DNA from: a virus
Lineage: Duplodnaviria; Caudoviricetes
DNA length: 30,612 bases
Direction: 5' to 3' (one strand)
Virus record (IMG/VR): IMGVR_UViG_3300014720_000115
Span: 1 to 30,612 of that record
Shown here: piece by piece, positions 18,217-27,249 of the stretch
Numbering within the stretch: the first letter of the stretch is position 1
Layout of the letters: every line of letters begins with the position of its first letter
Position numbers and translations under genes: made by a program
Notes under the pieces: generated by a model
The model's database searches: none
Told to the model about the DNA's origin: nothing
What the model saw: only the letters and a program-made list of their open reading frames with translations

Positions 18217-19437
18217 ATGTCAAAAATTAGAATATTAGCAATACCACCGGACCAATTTGGTGTGGGTAAATATAGAATATTAGACCCATTTAAATATATT
18301 GCAGAACATTACTCAGATGAATTTCATGTCGACATTAGTCTTAATGCCGATGAAAATGATGAATTTTTTAAAAACTATGATATTGTTGTTTTCCATAGTT
18401 TTATTCATCATTTGTCACATGAAAAAAATCTTGATAGGATTCACAGACTAAAATCACAAGGGATTAAAGTTGTTATGGACACCGATGACTATTGGGCTGT
18501 TGACCATAGACACCCAATGTATCACCAAATTAAAGCAAACGAAATACCAAGAAAGAAAATAGAAATGATGAAGTTATCTGATTGGGTAACTTGTACTACT
18601 GAAATTTTTGAAAAGTCAATTCGTTCAAAAGTTGGGATTAAAAACGTAGTTGTATTTCCAAATGCAGTGGACCCAAATGAAACTCAATTTCAACCCAATC
18701 CAACGGAATCAGATAAAATAAGATTTGGGTGGCTAGGTGGCTCAACGCATTTACATGATATTGATTTAATGTCATCAGGAATTTCTTCTGTTCTTGGTCA
18801 AACTAATAATACTCAATTTGTTCTGTGTGGGTTTGATTTAAGAGGTAATGTAACTGAAATTAACCCAATAACAAAAGAACAAAGAGCGCGACCCATACAA
18901 CCAATGGAAACTGTATGGTATAAGTATGAAGAGATTTTTACTGACAAATATCGTTTTGTTGATGAGGACTATAAAAACTATCTCTTAACTTTTACTGAAA
19001 CAGAATTTGATTCTTCTAATAAAAGATATAGAAGAGTATGGACCCAACCTGTGAGCAAATACGCTTCAAATTACAATCTTTTTGATATTTCATTAGCACC
19101 ATTAGTTCCAAGTGAATTTAATGCCAATAAATCACAATTAAAAGTGATTGAAGCTGGATTCCATAAAAAAGCATTAATTGCCAGTGAAACCCAACCATAT
19201 ACCCTTGATTTAATTGGGGCAATAGAATATGGTGGCAAGTTTAATGACAAAGGAAATTGTTTATTAGTTTCCCCGAGTAAAAATCACAAACAATGGTCCC
19301 AACACATGAAAAGATTAGTCGACAATCCTAACATGATTGAAGACTTAGGAAATAAACTTTACGAAACTGTCAAAGACAGATATTCATTAAAAAATGTTTC
19401 TAAAAATAGAACAGAATTTTTCAAATCAATAATTTAA
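18217..19437 (+). CDS. Glycosyltransferase, GT-B fold (GT4-like)
   Basis: GVGKYRILDP, DTDDYW, VFPNAVD, RFGWLGGSTH..D, DISLAPL...FN..KS.LK.IEAG. Confidence 0.88.
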   Translation: MSKIRILAIPPDQFGVGKYRILDPFKYIAEHYSDEFHVDISLNADENDEFFKNYDIVVFHSFIHHLSHEKNLDRIHRLKSQGIKVVMDTDDYWAVDHRHPMYHQIKANEIPRKKIEMMKLSDWVTCTTEIFEKSIRSKVGIKNVVVFPNAVDPNETQFQPNPTESDKIRFGWLGGSTHLHDIDLMSSGISSVLGQTNNTQFVLCGFDLRGNVTEINPITKEQRARPIQPMETVWYKYEEIFTDKYRFVDEDYKNYLLTFTETEFDSSNKRYRRVWTQPVSKYASNYNLFDISLAPLVPSEFNANKSQLKVIEAGFHKKALIASETQPYTLDLIGAIEYGGKFNDKGNCLLVSPSKNHKQWSQHMKRLVDNPNMIEDLGNKLYETVKDRYSLKNVSKNRTEFFKSII

Positions 19438-19449
19438 AAACCAAAAAAC

Positions 19450-19680
19450 ATGCATTATTTAGTAACAGTAGGTTACGAGTTAGAACAACTCGACCGCAAC
19501 GGAAACCCAAGACTTCAAAAAGTTAAGTACATTGTTGACGCAGAATCAGTTGAAGAGGCAACAATTGTTGTCTCAAAATATAGAGCTGGAGATACTCGAG
19601 GAAGCGAAAGTTTGGCAATTGTTAAAATGCCGATTGAATGTATCATTGACAAGAACAACACACCTGAATATTATAAATAA
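19450..19680 (+). CDS. Small protein resembling DUF4494
   Basis: Y.V.V.Y....D.NG......KYIVDAESVEEA pattern recalls the Bacteroidota-associated DUF4494 family. Confidence 0.5.
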   Translation: MHYLVTVGYELEQLDRNGNPRLQKVKYIVDAESVEEATIVVSKYRAGDTRGSESLAIVKMPIECIIDKNNTPEYYK

Positions 19681-19686
19681 ATTTTT

Positions 19687-19932
19687 ATGCAGTTTCACAG
19701 CAAAGACGTTCAGATTCTCAGACAATCTCAAATTAAACTTGTATTAGAGTATTTTAATTCTGTTGGGTTAACAGTGACAGTTGAGGAATTACAAAGGGTA
19801 ACCGATGTATTTGTTGAATGTTGTTTAAGACCCACCGATGACGATTTAAAAAATAGAATTAAATCACTCGACAAGTGGGTGTCTGATAAACTATCAGAAA
19901 AAAATTTAATATTAGAAGAAAAAAATGGATAA
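19687..19932 (+). CDS. Hypothetical protein
   Basis: 81-aa ORF tightly packed between neighbours, 8-nt overlap with dUTPase. Confidence 0.7.
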   Translation: MQFHSKDVQILRQSQIKLVLEYFNSVGLTVTVEELQRVTDVFVECCLRPTDDDLKNRIKSLDKWVSDKLSEKNLILEEKNG

Positions 19933-20515
19933 AAAAGAAATTGACGACTACATTAAAAAGCTCGAATCAATTGAAAAGGAATTGATGTCGGATGACCCTG
20001 AATTATCTGTTATAGGTGATTTAAATAAGTTGTTGTCATCATTAGATACCGAAGTATCAACCGAAATAAACTTTGCACCACTAGAAATTAAAATAAAGAA
20101 ACTTAATCCAACCGCCATAATACCTGCTTACGCTAAACATGGTGACGCTGGTGTGGATTTGACGATAACGAGTATCATATCAGAAACAACAACCGACGTA
20201 TCGTATGGATTTGGTATTGCTTTAGAAATACCAAATGGGTATGTTGGATTGGTGTTTCCCCGCTCATCAATTAGAAAATACGATTTAGCGTTAACAAATT
20301 GTGTTGGTGTAATTGATAGTGGTTATAGGGGTGAACTTCAAGCAACGTTTAAAAAGACAAATTGGTTAAAGGGGGATTCTTCAGAAAAATATAACGTGGG
20401 AGATAAAGGTGCGCAGATAATGATAATTCCATATCCACAATTAAAATTTACAGAAGTTAATGAACTTTCATCAAGTGAAAGAGGGGAAGGTGGATTTGGT
20501 TCGACTGGAAAATAA
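19925..20515 (+). CDS. dut: Trimeric dUTPase with N-terminal extension
   Basis: All five motifs: AGVDL, PRSS, GVIDSGYRGE, AQ, RGEGGFGSTG. Confidence 0.95.
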   Translation: MDKKEIDDYIKKLESIEKELMSDDPELSVIGDLNKLLSSLDTEVSTEINFAPLEIKIKKLNPTAIIPAYAKHGDAGVDLTITSIISETTTDVSYGFGIALEIPNGYVGLVFPRSSIRKYDLALTNCVGVIDSGYRGELQATFKKTNWLKGDSSEKYNVGDKGAQIMIIPYPQLKFTEVNELSSSERGEGGFGSTGK

Positions 20516-20538
20516 ACATATTATTAAAAAACAAATAA

Positions 20539-21270
20539 TTGAAAAGAGCAAATTCGAAATCGGGAACTACAAAGACGAGTACATTAATCGATGAAAAGAA
20601 ATTAATAAAGAAAGATAGGGTTAGACAAATCATTAAACAACCAAAAGAAAAGTTCCTAACTAAAAACCAAGAACAATATTGGAAAATTTTAGGAGAAAAT
20701 GAAATTACTCTTTGTTTTGGTCCTGCGGGTGTAGGTAAATCATATATCGCAATGAAACGTGCGGTTGATTTATTATGGGATGATAACAATAAGTTTGAAA
20801 AAATTATCATTGTGCGTCCAGCAGTTGAGGCAGAAGAAAAACTTGGTTCACTACCGGGTAACTTAGAAGAAAAACTTGACCCATACATCTACCCATCTTA
20901 TTATCTTTTGAATAAAATTATAGGTAAAGAATCTAGAGAAAGATTAAAAGAGGAAGGATTTATTGAAATTGCAGCTTTAGCATATATGAGAGGATGGAAT
21001 GTTGATAATACGATTCTTGTATTTGAAGAAGCCCAAAATACAACCCCTGCTCAAATGAAACTTCTTCTAACAAGAATTGGTTTCAACTCCAAATTTTTTA
21101 TTTCAGGCGATTTAGAACAATCAGACAAATTCAAAGACAAAACAAAAACAGGTTTGTACGACGCAAAAATTCGTTTACAGGATATTAAAAATATTGGAAT
21201 TTTTGAATTTGACAATAAAGACATTGTTAGGAATCCAATTATATCGGAAATATTAAAAAGGTACGATTAA
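20539..21270 (+). CDS. phoH: PhoH-family ATPase
   Basis: GPAGVGKS, RPAVE, LGSLPG.LEEK, AYMRG, EEAQN, LTRIG, GD..QSD, DIVRNP; TTG start is uncertain. Confidence 0.93.
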   Translation: MKRANSKSGTTKTSTLIDEKKLIKKDRVRQIIKQPKEKFLTKNQEQYWKILGENEITLCFGPAGVGKSYIAMKRAVDLLWDDNNKFEKIIIVRPAVEAEEKLGSLPGNLEEKLDPYIYPSYYLLNKIIGKESRERLKEEGFIEIAALAYMRGWNVDNTILVFEEAQNTTPAQMKLLLTRIGFNSKFFISGDLEQSDKFKDKTKTGLYDAKIRLQDIKNIGIFEFDNKDIVRNPIISEILKRYD

Positions 21271-21273
21271 TCC

Positions 21274-21304
21274 TTTACTTATAACACTTTTAAATTTATA
21301 TTTC
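21274..21304 (+). promoter_or_regulatory. Bacteroidota-type promoter variant
   Basis: TTTA-N19-TATATTTC ending 5 nt before ATG 21310. Confidence 0.45.
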
Positions 21305-21309
21305 CAAAT

Positions 21310-21987
21310 ATGGAAGTATTCGTGAGCATTGATGGTGTTCTAAGGAACATGATTCAAAAGTTTGATTATCACTACAAAGATTATTTTATTAATACTGAAA
21401 CCGAAAATGAAGAATCTTTTGATTATGGTGTTAAAGAACCAATTTTAAATGATAATATTTTAGACTCTTATAAATTTCAATCATACGATGAATTTATTAA
21501 GTTCTTATATTTTGATTTTCCTATCGAAATTTTTGGTCACGCGGGTTTAAGTTACAATCAAGCAGCTACAGAATTAAACACATTAATATTTGAAAATTTA
21601 AACACAACATTTACATTAGTTGGATTGAATGAAAAGGGTAAAGCAAAACCCTCAACACTTTTCTTTTTGTCACGAAATGGTATCATATGTGATAATGTAA
21701 AATTTTCTAATCTTGATGAAATTAAAAAATTATGGAAACAATGTGATGTATGGATTACCGATGATAAAAGGGTAATAGATTCTTGTCCGACAAGTAAAAG
21801 GGCAATAAAATTTAATACTTCATTTAATAATCACTTTACAAATCCATTGGAAATAAATAAATTATCAGAAATAAAAAAAGAATGGTTGAAATATTCGGAA
21901 AAAACTATTACATCGACATTGAAGGGATTACTGCAAAATGTCAAACAGGTAATGCGGTCCGAAATGAAGACGGAAGTGAAAGCTTAG
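21310..21987 (+). CDS. HAD-superfamily 5'(3')-deoxyribonucleotidase-like protein, degenerate motif I
   Basis: SIDGVLRN (canonical DxDGVL) and DVWITDD; YN-like FNNH near the C-terminus. Confidence 0.6.
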   Translation: MEVFVSIDGVLRNMIQKFDYHYKDYFINTETENEESFDYGVKEPILNDNILDSYKFQSYDEFIKFLYFDFPIEIFGHAGLSYNQAATELNTLIFENLNTTFTLVGLNEKGKAKPSTLFFLSRNGIICDNVKFSNLDEIKKLWKQCDVWITDDKRVIDSCPTSKRAIKFNTSFNNHFTNPLEINKLSEIKKEWLKYSEKTITSTLKGLLQNVKQVMRSEMKTEVKA

Positions 21988-22163
21988 AAGTAAATCTTTT
22001 TAAATACGAAACCATAAAATTATGTGTAGAAAGAGTATTAAACGAAATACAAGAAATTGATGAGGAGATGGGTCCGTTTGGACAGGGAGATTTATCAATA
22101 TCATTTAAAATTGCATTTAACACACTAATAAAATACCAAATCTTAATGGAAGAAGATGAATAA
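21882..22163 (+). CDS. Hypothetical acidic protein
   Basis: 93-aa ORF; 106-nt overlap with upstream gene and 8-nt coupling to downstream glycosyltransferase. Confidence 0.7.
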   Translation: MVEIFGKNYYIDIEGITAKCQTGNAVRNEDGSESLEVNLFKYETIKLCVERVLNEIQEIDEEMGPFGQGDLSISFKIAFNTLIKYQILMEEDE

Positions 22164-23223
22164 TAAAGAAAACTTAGAAAAATTAGAATCTTCATTGAGT
22201 AATTTAAACTCAAATGAACATGTGATTTATTTTTTGACTTATGACACAAAAAATAATCCAAGAGCCGGAATTAAACATATCTATGACATGGCTTTAACCT
22301 TAAAAGAAAACGGCAATAATGTGAAAATATTAGTGGAGGATAAAACCTACACAGGTGTTAAAGGATGGTTAGGTGATAAATATGACTCTATCGATGTTGT
22401 CACCATCAAAGACGATAGAGTTGAAATAAAAATCGAGGATATCATTGTAATTCCTGAATATTACTCAAATGCATTGGAGAATCTATCAAACATTAGATGT
22501 GTAAAAGTAATGTTAGTCCAACAAAAAGAACTAATATTTGAAACATTACCTATTGGTAGTAAGTGGAGTGATTACGGATTTGATAAAGCAATAACAACCA
22601 CTGTTAATACTAAAGAATACATCAATGATTATTTTAAAGATATCAACGTTTTCATAATCCCACCAATGATTGGGGACCATTTTGTACCATCCACAAAATT
22701 AACTAAACCAACAATTGCAATTTCTTGTAGAGACAGGTCAATTAATAAGAAATTAATCTCTGAATTCTATATTAAACACCCTCATTTAAGATGGATTAAC
22801 TTCAAAGACATGAATCAAATTACATATGAAGATTTTCCTTCTGTGTTAAGCGAGTGCATGGTGTCTGTATGGGTAGATGATGACTCTACTTTTGGTACAT
22901 TCCCATTGGAGTCCATGAAGTGCGGAGTACCGGTAGTTGGTAAAATTCCAAAAACTGACCCAGATTGGATTGGTGAAAACGGAATGTGGACATATGATGA
23001 ATCTAAGATTACTGAAATCCTTGGGAAATTTGTTATGGCTTGGTTAGAGGGAGTTGAGTTATCTGATGAAGTAAAAGAGAAAATGAAAGATACTCTTTTA
23101 CCATATGATTCTGAAATTACTAAGAAAAATATCATCGCAATATTTGATTCTTTCAAAACTAACAGAATTGCGACTATTGAAAAAGCATTAGAAAAATTAA
23201 ATAAAGAGGAGGTTACAGCATGA
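22156..23223 (+). CDS. Glycosyltransferase, GT-B fold (GT4-like)
   Basis: AGIKHIYDMALTLKENG, DIIVIPE, FGTFPLESMKCGVPVVG. Confidence 0.8.
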   Translation: MNNKENLEKLESSLSNLNSNEHVIYFLTYDTKNNPRAGIKHIYDMALTLKENGNNVKILVEDKTYTGVKGWLGDKYDSIDVVTIKDDRVEIKIEDIIVIPEYYSNALENLSNIRCVKVMLVQQKELIFETLPIGSKWSDYGFDKAITTTVNTKEYINDYFKDINVFIIPPMIGDHFVPSTKLTKPTIAISCRDRSINKKLISEFYIKHPHLRWINFKDMNQITYEDFPSVLSECMVSVWVDDDSTFGTFPLESMKCGVPVVGKIPKTDPDWIGENGMWTYDESKITEILGKFVMAWLEGVELSDEVKEKMKDTLLPYDSEITKKNIIAIFDSFKTNRIATIEKALEKLNKEEVTA

Positions 23224-23999
23224 AAAATACAACAATAATTCTACCCATTCATTTATGGGATGATGACCATAAAATAATGTTTGAGAATTCGGTAAAATCT
23301 GTTGGGGAGTTTTCAAACGACGTTAAATTACTAATTGTAGGACCTAAAAAAGTGGTTTCAAACATTCAGGTTGTTTCAGATAAAATAGAATCTAAAATAA
23401 TCGAAAATGAGGGCCCTACAGATTTTTGTAGTCAAGTAAACCTTGGCATTGACAAATGTGATACTGAATGGTTTTCTATTTTAGAAGTGGACGATGAATT
23501 CAAACCCACATGGTTAAAGTCTATGGATGCATATAGTAAAGAAAACCCTAATGTGGATGTGTTTTTACCTGTTGTTAAAGACATCAATGTGGAGGGTAAG
23601 TTCTTGAGTTATACAAATGAATCTACATGGGCATATGGGTTTACAGAGAAACAGGGAATTTTAGATAACGAAGCATTACTCGACTACCAAAATTTTCAAA
23701 TAAGTGGTGGATTTTATAGAACTTCTGTTATTAAGGAAAATGGTAAATTAAAAGAAAATATCAAATTAACTTTTGGGTATGAATTTCTTCTAAGACTAAC
23801 ACACAACAATGTTGTAGTTATGACAGTACCAAAAGTGGGATACCAACATGTTAACTTCAGGGAAAACTCATTATTTTGGTTATACAAAAATGACAACTCA
23901 ATGAAAATGTCAGAAGGTGAGGTTAAATTCTGGCTTGAGACCGCTAAAAAAGAATTCTTCTTTAAAAATAAACGCGATGTAAAATATGTACTAAGCTAA
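23220..23999 (+). CDS. Glycosyltransferase, GT-A fold (GT2-like)
   Basis: TIILPIH, N.GI....TEWFSILEVDD, YEFLLRL, VPKVGY.H. Confidence 0.8.
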   Translation: MKNTTIILPIHLWDDDHKIMFENSVKSVGEFSNDVKLLIVGPKKVVSNIQVVSDKIESKIIENEGPTDFCSQVNLGIDKCDTEWFSILEVDDEFKPTWLKSMDAYSKENPNVDVFLPVVKDINVEGKFLSYTNESTWAYGFTEKQGILDNEALLDYQNFQISGGFYRTSVIKENGKLKENIKLTFGYEFLLRLTHNNVVVMTVPKVGYQHVNFRENSLFWLYKNDNSMKMSEGEVKFWLETAKKEFFFKNKRDVKYVLS

Positions 24000-24000
24000 T

Positions 24001-24699
24001 ATGCCCCGTAAAAGAACCCAAAAAATATATTTTGGGGAGGAGCAAGAACAAGCGGTAGTCCGATATCTACAATCAGACTCCGAGTCAGAAAAGAACAAGA
24101 TATTCAATGAATATTTAAGAGAACCTCTCATCATAATGGTCGAATCAATTATTCGACGTTATAAATTATATAGAAAAGACTTTGAATTTGTAGATATCCA
24201 TGCGGATACCATGTCGTTTTTGATTACTAAAATTAACAAATTCGACCATACAAAAAACCATAAAGCATACTCCTATTTTGGTACCATCTGTAAGAATTAT
24301 CTTATGGGTGCTATTCAAAAAGACGCAAAGGAAATGAACAGAAGTGTATCCTATGATGATATATCGTCAGACTTGGAGGAAAGCACCGAACATTCATATA
24401 CTATAGACGAGACCCATATAGATTATAAAGACGTTATAATCAAGTTTACTATAGAAATGGAGGAATTTATGGAGGCGGAAGATTTATCCGAAAATGAACA
24501 AAAATTGGGTTTTGCGTTACTTGAAATATTTGGAAACTTTGAAAAGATATTTCAAATTGGTGATGGTAATAAGTTTAATAAAAACCTAATTCTTTTATCA
24601 TTAAGGGAGATGACTTCACTTTCAACCAAGGAAATAAGAATTTCCATGAGAAAGTACAAAAAACTATACGAGGGGATAATGTTCAAGTTCATAAATTAA
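24001..24699 (+). CDS. Phage late-transcription sigma factor (T4 gp55-like)
   Basis: Region-2-like KINKFDHTKNHKAYSYFGTICKNYL (cf. gp55-family FDP.K....FAYFT); N-terminal YF. Confidence 0.7.
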   Translation: MPRKRTQKIYFGEEQEQAVVRYLQSDSESEKNKIFNEYLREPLIIMVESIIRRYKLYRKDFEFVDIHADTMSFLITKINKFDHTKNHKAYSYFGTICKNYLMGAIQKDAKEMNRSVSYDDISSDLEESTEHSYTIDETHIDYKDVIIKFTIEMEEFMEAEDLSENEQKLGFALLEIFGNFEKIFQIGDGNKFNKNLILLSLREMTSLSTKEIRISMRKYKKLYEGIMFKFIN

Positions 24700-24720
24700 C
24701 AAATTATCTATTTATAGAGT

Positions 24721-25098
24721 ATGAGAGAAAGAAAGAATATAATATCTCTTGACACGGATTCTGCACTTGCACTTATGCAAGAAATCTATAATGATATTGT
24801 AGAACAAAAGAATACCGCCTCAATGATTACAAAGAAGATGTTGACATTCATGAAAGACGCAGAGGACATGAGTGTTATAGGTCCCGTAATTAAAGAACAA
24901 CAAAAGATATTAAACGATTGTACTGAAAAGAAAATCTCATTGGTCAAACTTCAGAGTGCCCTACTCAAGCAAACCCAAGGTTCAGGTTCCGGTGTCGGCG
25001 GTGGTAAATTACAACTAACCGACGAGGATAGAGTTTTGTTAGAGAAGTTAATGGACGACTCTGACGAAGACCCTAAACCCGGAATCTATAAAACCTAA
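24721..25098 (+). CDS. Hypothetical helical protein
   Basis: 125-aa ORF, TATTTAT 5 nt upstream, TAATG-coupled to next gene. Confidence 0.75.
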   Translation: MRERKNIISLDTDSALALMQEIYNDIVEQKNTASMITKKMLTFMKDAEDMSVIGPVIKEQQKILNDCTEKKISLVKLQSALLKQTQGSGSGVGGGKLQLTDEDRVLLEKLMDDSDEDPKPGIYKT

Positions 25099-27047
25099 TG
25101 AGTAAGTTAAAAAATACCAAAAAGAAGCTTCAATCAAAAATTGAAGCAATTAAAAAGATTAACGACGACCCAAAAGGGTTTGAGGATGATGTTGCGGATA
25201 AGTATCTAAAAAATATCCCGTCAACAAATGATTTTGTAGGTAAAAAACTTGACGCATTAAAAAATAAAAGAGCCCAAAAAAAGGAAAATAAAAAAGATAT
25301 TTTTGAGGAACTTTTAGATGTTGTTGAACAATTTTTAGGGGTAGATAAGAAAAATTCTGAATCAGATGCCAGTGTTGTACAATCGGGTACAACCACAAAT
25401 CCTGAAAAAAATAAAACAAAGAAAAGGGTAAAGCAACATGCTCTTTCAGCAACAGAAAAAACATTAGATTCTGCAAAAGATATTGTTGTTAAAAGATTAA
25501 GTGAAGCCCTTTTTATGGGTGACGGAATTTGTGGTAGTAATGGCACATTAACCGGTGACACAATAAATTTAAAACCCGAAGAATTTGATTTTCTTGATAT
25601 TCTTACTATGGACCCCACAAGTCCATGTGGTCAAATTATATATGAACCAAAGAATCCGGATAGAAACAAACAAAAGGTAAACAGAGAATTATATAAAATA
25701 TTTAGCGGAGGTTCATATACATTCACTTCAAATAACAATACTTCATTATTCAATGCAAGTTGGAGTAGTGCGAATCAACATTATGTAATTACGGGTCTAA
25801 CCCAAGGAAATGCTAACGGAATTAAAGTTCAAAACTTTATTTCGGATTATTATTCATCTATTGAATTTCCCGAACTAAATGACATTGCAAAGACTGCGAT
25901 GTTACTTACAATGCAAGGCAGTCAAAAATGCGGTAAAACAAAAAAATACGAAGCGTCAATAAATAATATTGATAGATTATTAAAAAAATTATTATCAATA
26001 TGTGGTTCAGACAATAACAAAGACGACTTAAAGAAACAAAATGCGGTTGACATGTTCGACCAAAGCGAAGAAAATATTGAGTTTTACTTTGATTTTGATG
26101 ATGTTGAGGGGATTGACTTAGATGATGAAGATTTGAGATATAGAAGAGTTCTTAGGTTTAAAGATTGTTATAATTTTGAAATGGAGGTTGACGACACCCA
26201 TATTGAAGATTTTATATATCTAACAAAAAATAAAGATATTAAAAAGGCGATTGATGATTCTCTTAATAAAGTAGCCGCTGACGCAAGTGAACAATCGGGA
26301 TTATCCTTATCCATATCTGACTTATTAAATAGTCTACTTAATAGTTTCATTTTAAGTTTACCAAAGGCAATAATGATGGCTGTTTTATCGGCTAAATTAT
26401 TTTTACCTCTGATAATTTTATACAAATATTTCAAAACACTTGCATTAAATGTTGTTGTAAACATTAAAGAATTAGTTAAGAAATTCTATAAGGCGGTTTA
26501 TTTTATTATTAAAGATTTATTTTGGTTGTTTATTACCGAATTTTGGAAACTTATTAAAATTGACTTAATTGCGTTTGTAACAAGATTGGTTAAAAAAATA
26601 TTAAAGGAAAAATATAAAAGATATCTTTTAATTGTTTCTTCATTACTTGCTCTTTTAAGAAAAGCAAAGGAAACTGAAATAGATAATTGTTATAGTATTT
26701 TTCAAACAATACTAAACACAATAACAACCGCATTGAATGGAAAAACACCATTTGATATTGCATCATTTTTATTATTGGCATCAGACCTATCGCCAGGTTT
26801 TAGTAAAGAGAGGGCGTTTGTAAACATTAGTGAAAAAATGGCAGCTGCGGGTATCCCAACAGGACCAATATTTGGTGAGGATAATGATTTTATGACTGCC
26901 ATTAAGAACGTAATTGATGGATACTCCGAAGAAGAAGATGCAAACTCATTTGTCAAGATTGTACTTAAAGGAGGTGTACTACCAGGACCAACGGGTGGTG
27001 CGGTAATTCCACCCGGAATAATCTCAGGTGTGGGTAAAAAGATTTAA
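25098..27047 (+). CDS. Large hypothetical protein, probably virion-associated, with long hydrophobic/amphipathic segment
   Basis: 649-aa ORF in the late operon upstream of the gp5-like gene. Confidence 0.7.
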   Translation: MSKLKNTKKKLQSKIEAIKKINDDPKGFEDDVADKYLKNIPSTNDFVGKKLDALKNKRAQKKENKKDIFEELLDVVEQFLGVDKKNSESDASVVQSGTTTNPEKNKTKKRVKQHALSATEKTLDSAKDIVVKRLSEALFMGDGICGSNGTLTGDTINLKPEEFDFLDILTMDPTSPCGQIIYEPKNPDRNKQKVNRELYKIFSGGSYTFTSNNNTSLFNASWSSANQHYVITGLTQGNANGIKVQNFISDYYSSIEFPELNDIAKTAMLLTMQGSQKCGKTKKYEASINNIDRLLKKLLSICGSDNNKDDLKKQNAVDMFDQSEENIEFYFDFDDVEGIDLDDEDLRYRRVLRFKDCYNFEMEVDDTHIEDFIYLTKNKDIKKAIDDSLNKVAADASEQSGLSLSISDLLNSLLNSFILSLPKAIMMAVLSAKLFLPLIILYKYFKTLALNVVVNIKELVKKFYKAVYFIIKDLFWLFITEFWKLIKIDLIAFVTRLVKKILKEKYKRYLLIVSSLLALLRKAKETEIDNCYSIFQTILNTITTALNGKTPFDIASFLLLASDLSPGFSKERAFVNISEKMAAAGIPTGPIFGEDNDFMTAIKNVIDGYSEEEDANSFVKIVLKGGVLPGPTGGAVIPPGIISGVGKKI

Positions 27048-27048
27048 T

Positions 27049-27249
27049 ATGGAAAAAGAAAAGATTATAGAGATTGTTGAAAACGTTGAGAACAAATCCA
27101 ACAAGGATTTATTTGATGTGGAATCTTCTCTTTTTGATGAATACGAAAAGACAAAAGAGATTGTGGTTGCACTGACAAAACATATGGAAATCATTGAAGA
27201 TTTACATGGTAAAATTGTTGAAGAAATAGAAAAAAGAAAGGCGTTATGA
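27049..27249 (+). CDS. Small coiled-coil protein, 66 aa
   Basis: ATG 1 nt after the previous stop (MEKEKIIE), ATGA overlap with the next gene. Confidence 0.7.
   Translation: MEKEKIIEIVENVENKSNKDLFDVESSLFDEYEKTKEIVVALTKHMEIIEDLHGKIVEEIEKRKAL

Noticed and set aside
23206-23213. Strong Shine-Dalgarno-like GAGGAGGT before the GT-A gene
   Set aside because: Isolated case that also encodes Glu-Glu-Val of the upstream gene at an ATGA-coupled junction; does not outweigh the general lack of SD sites
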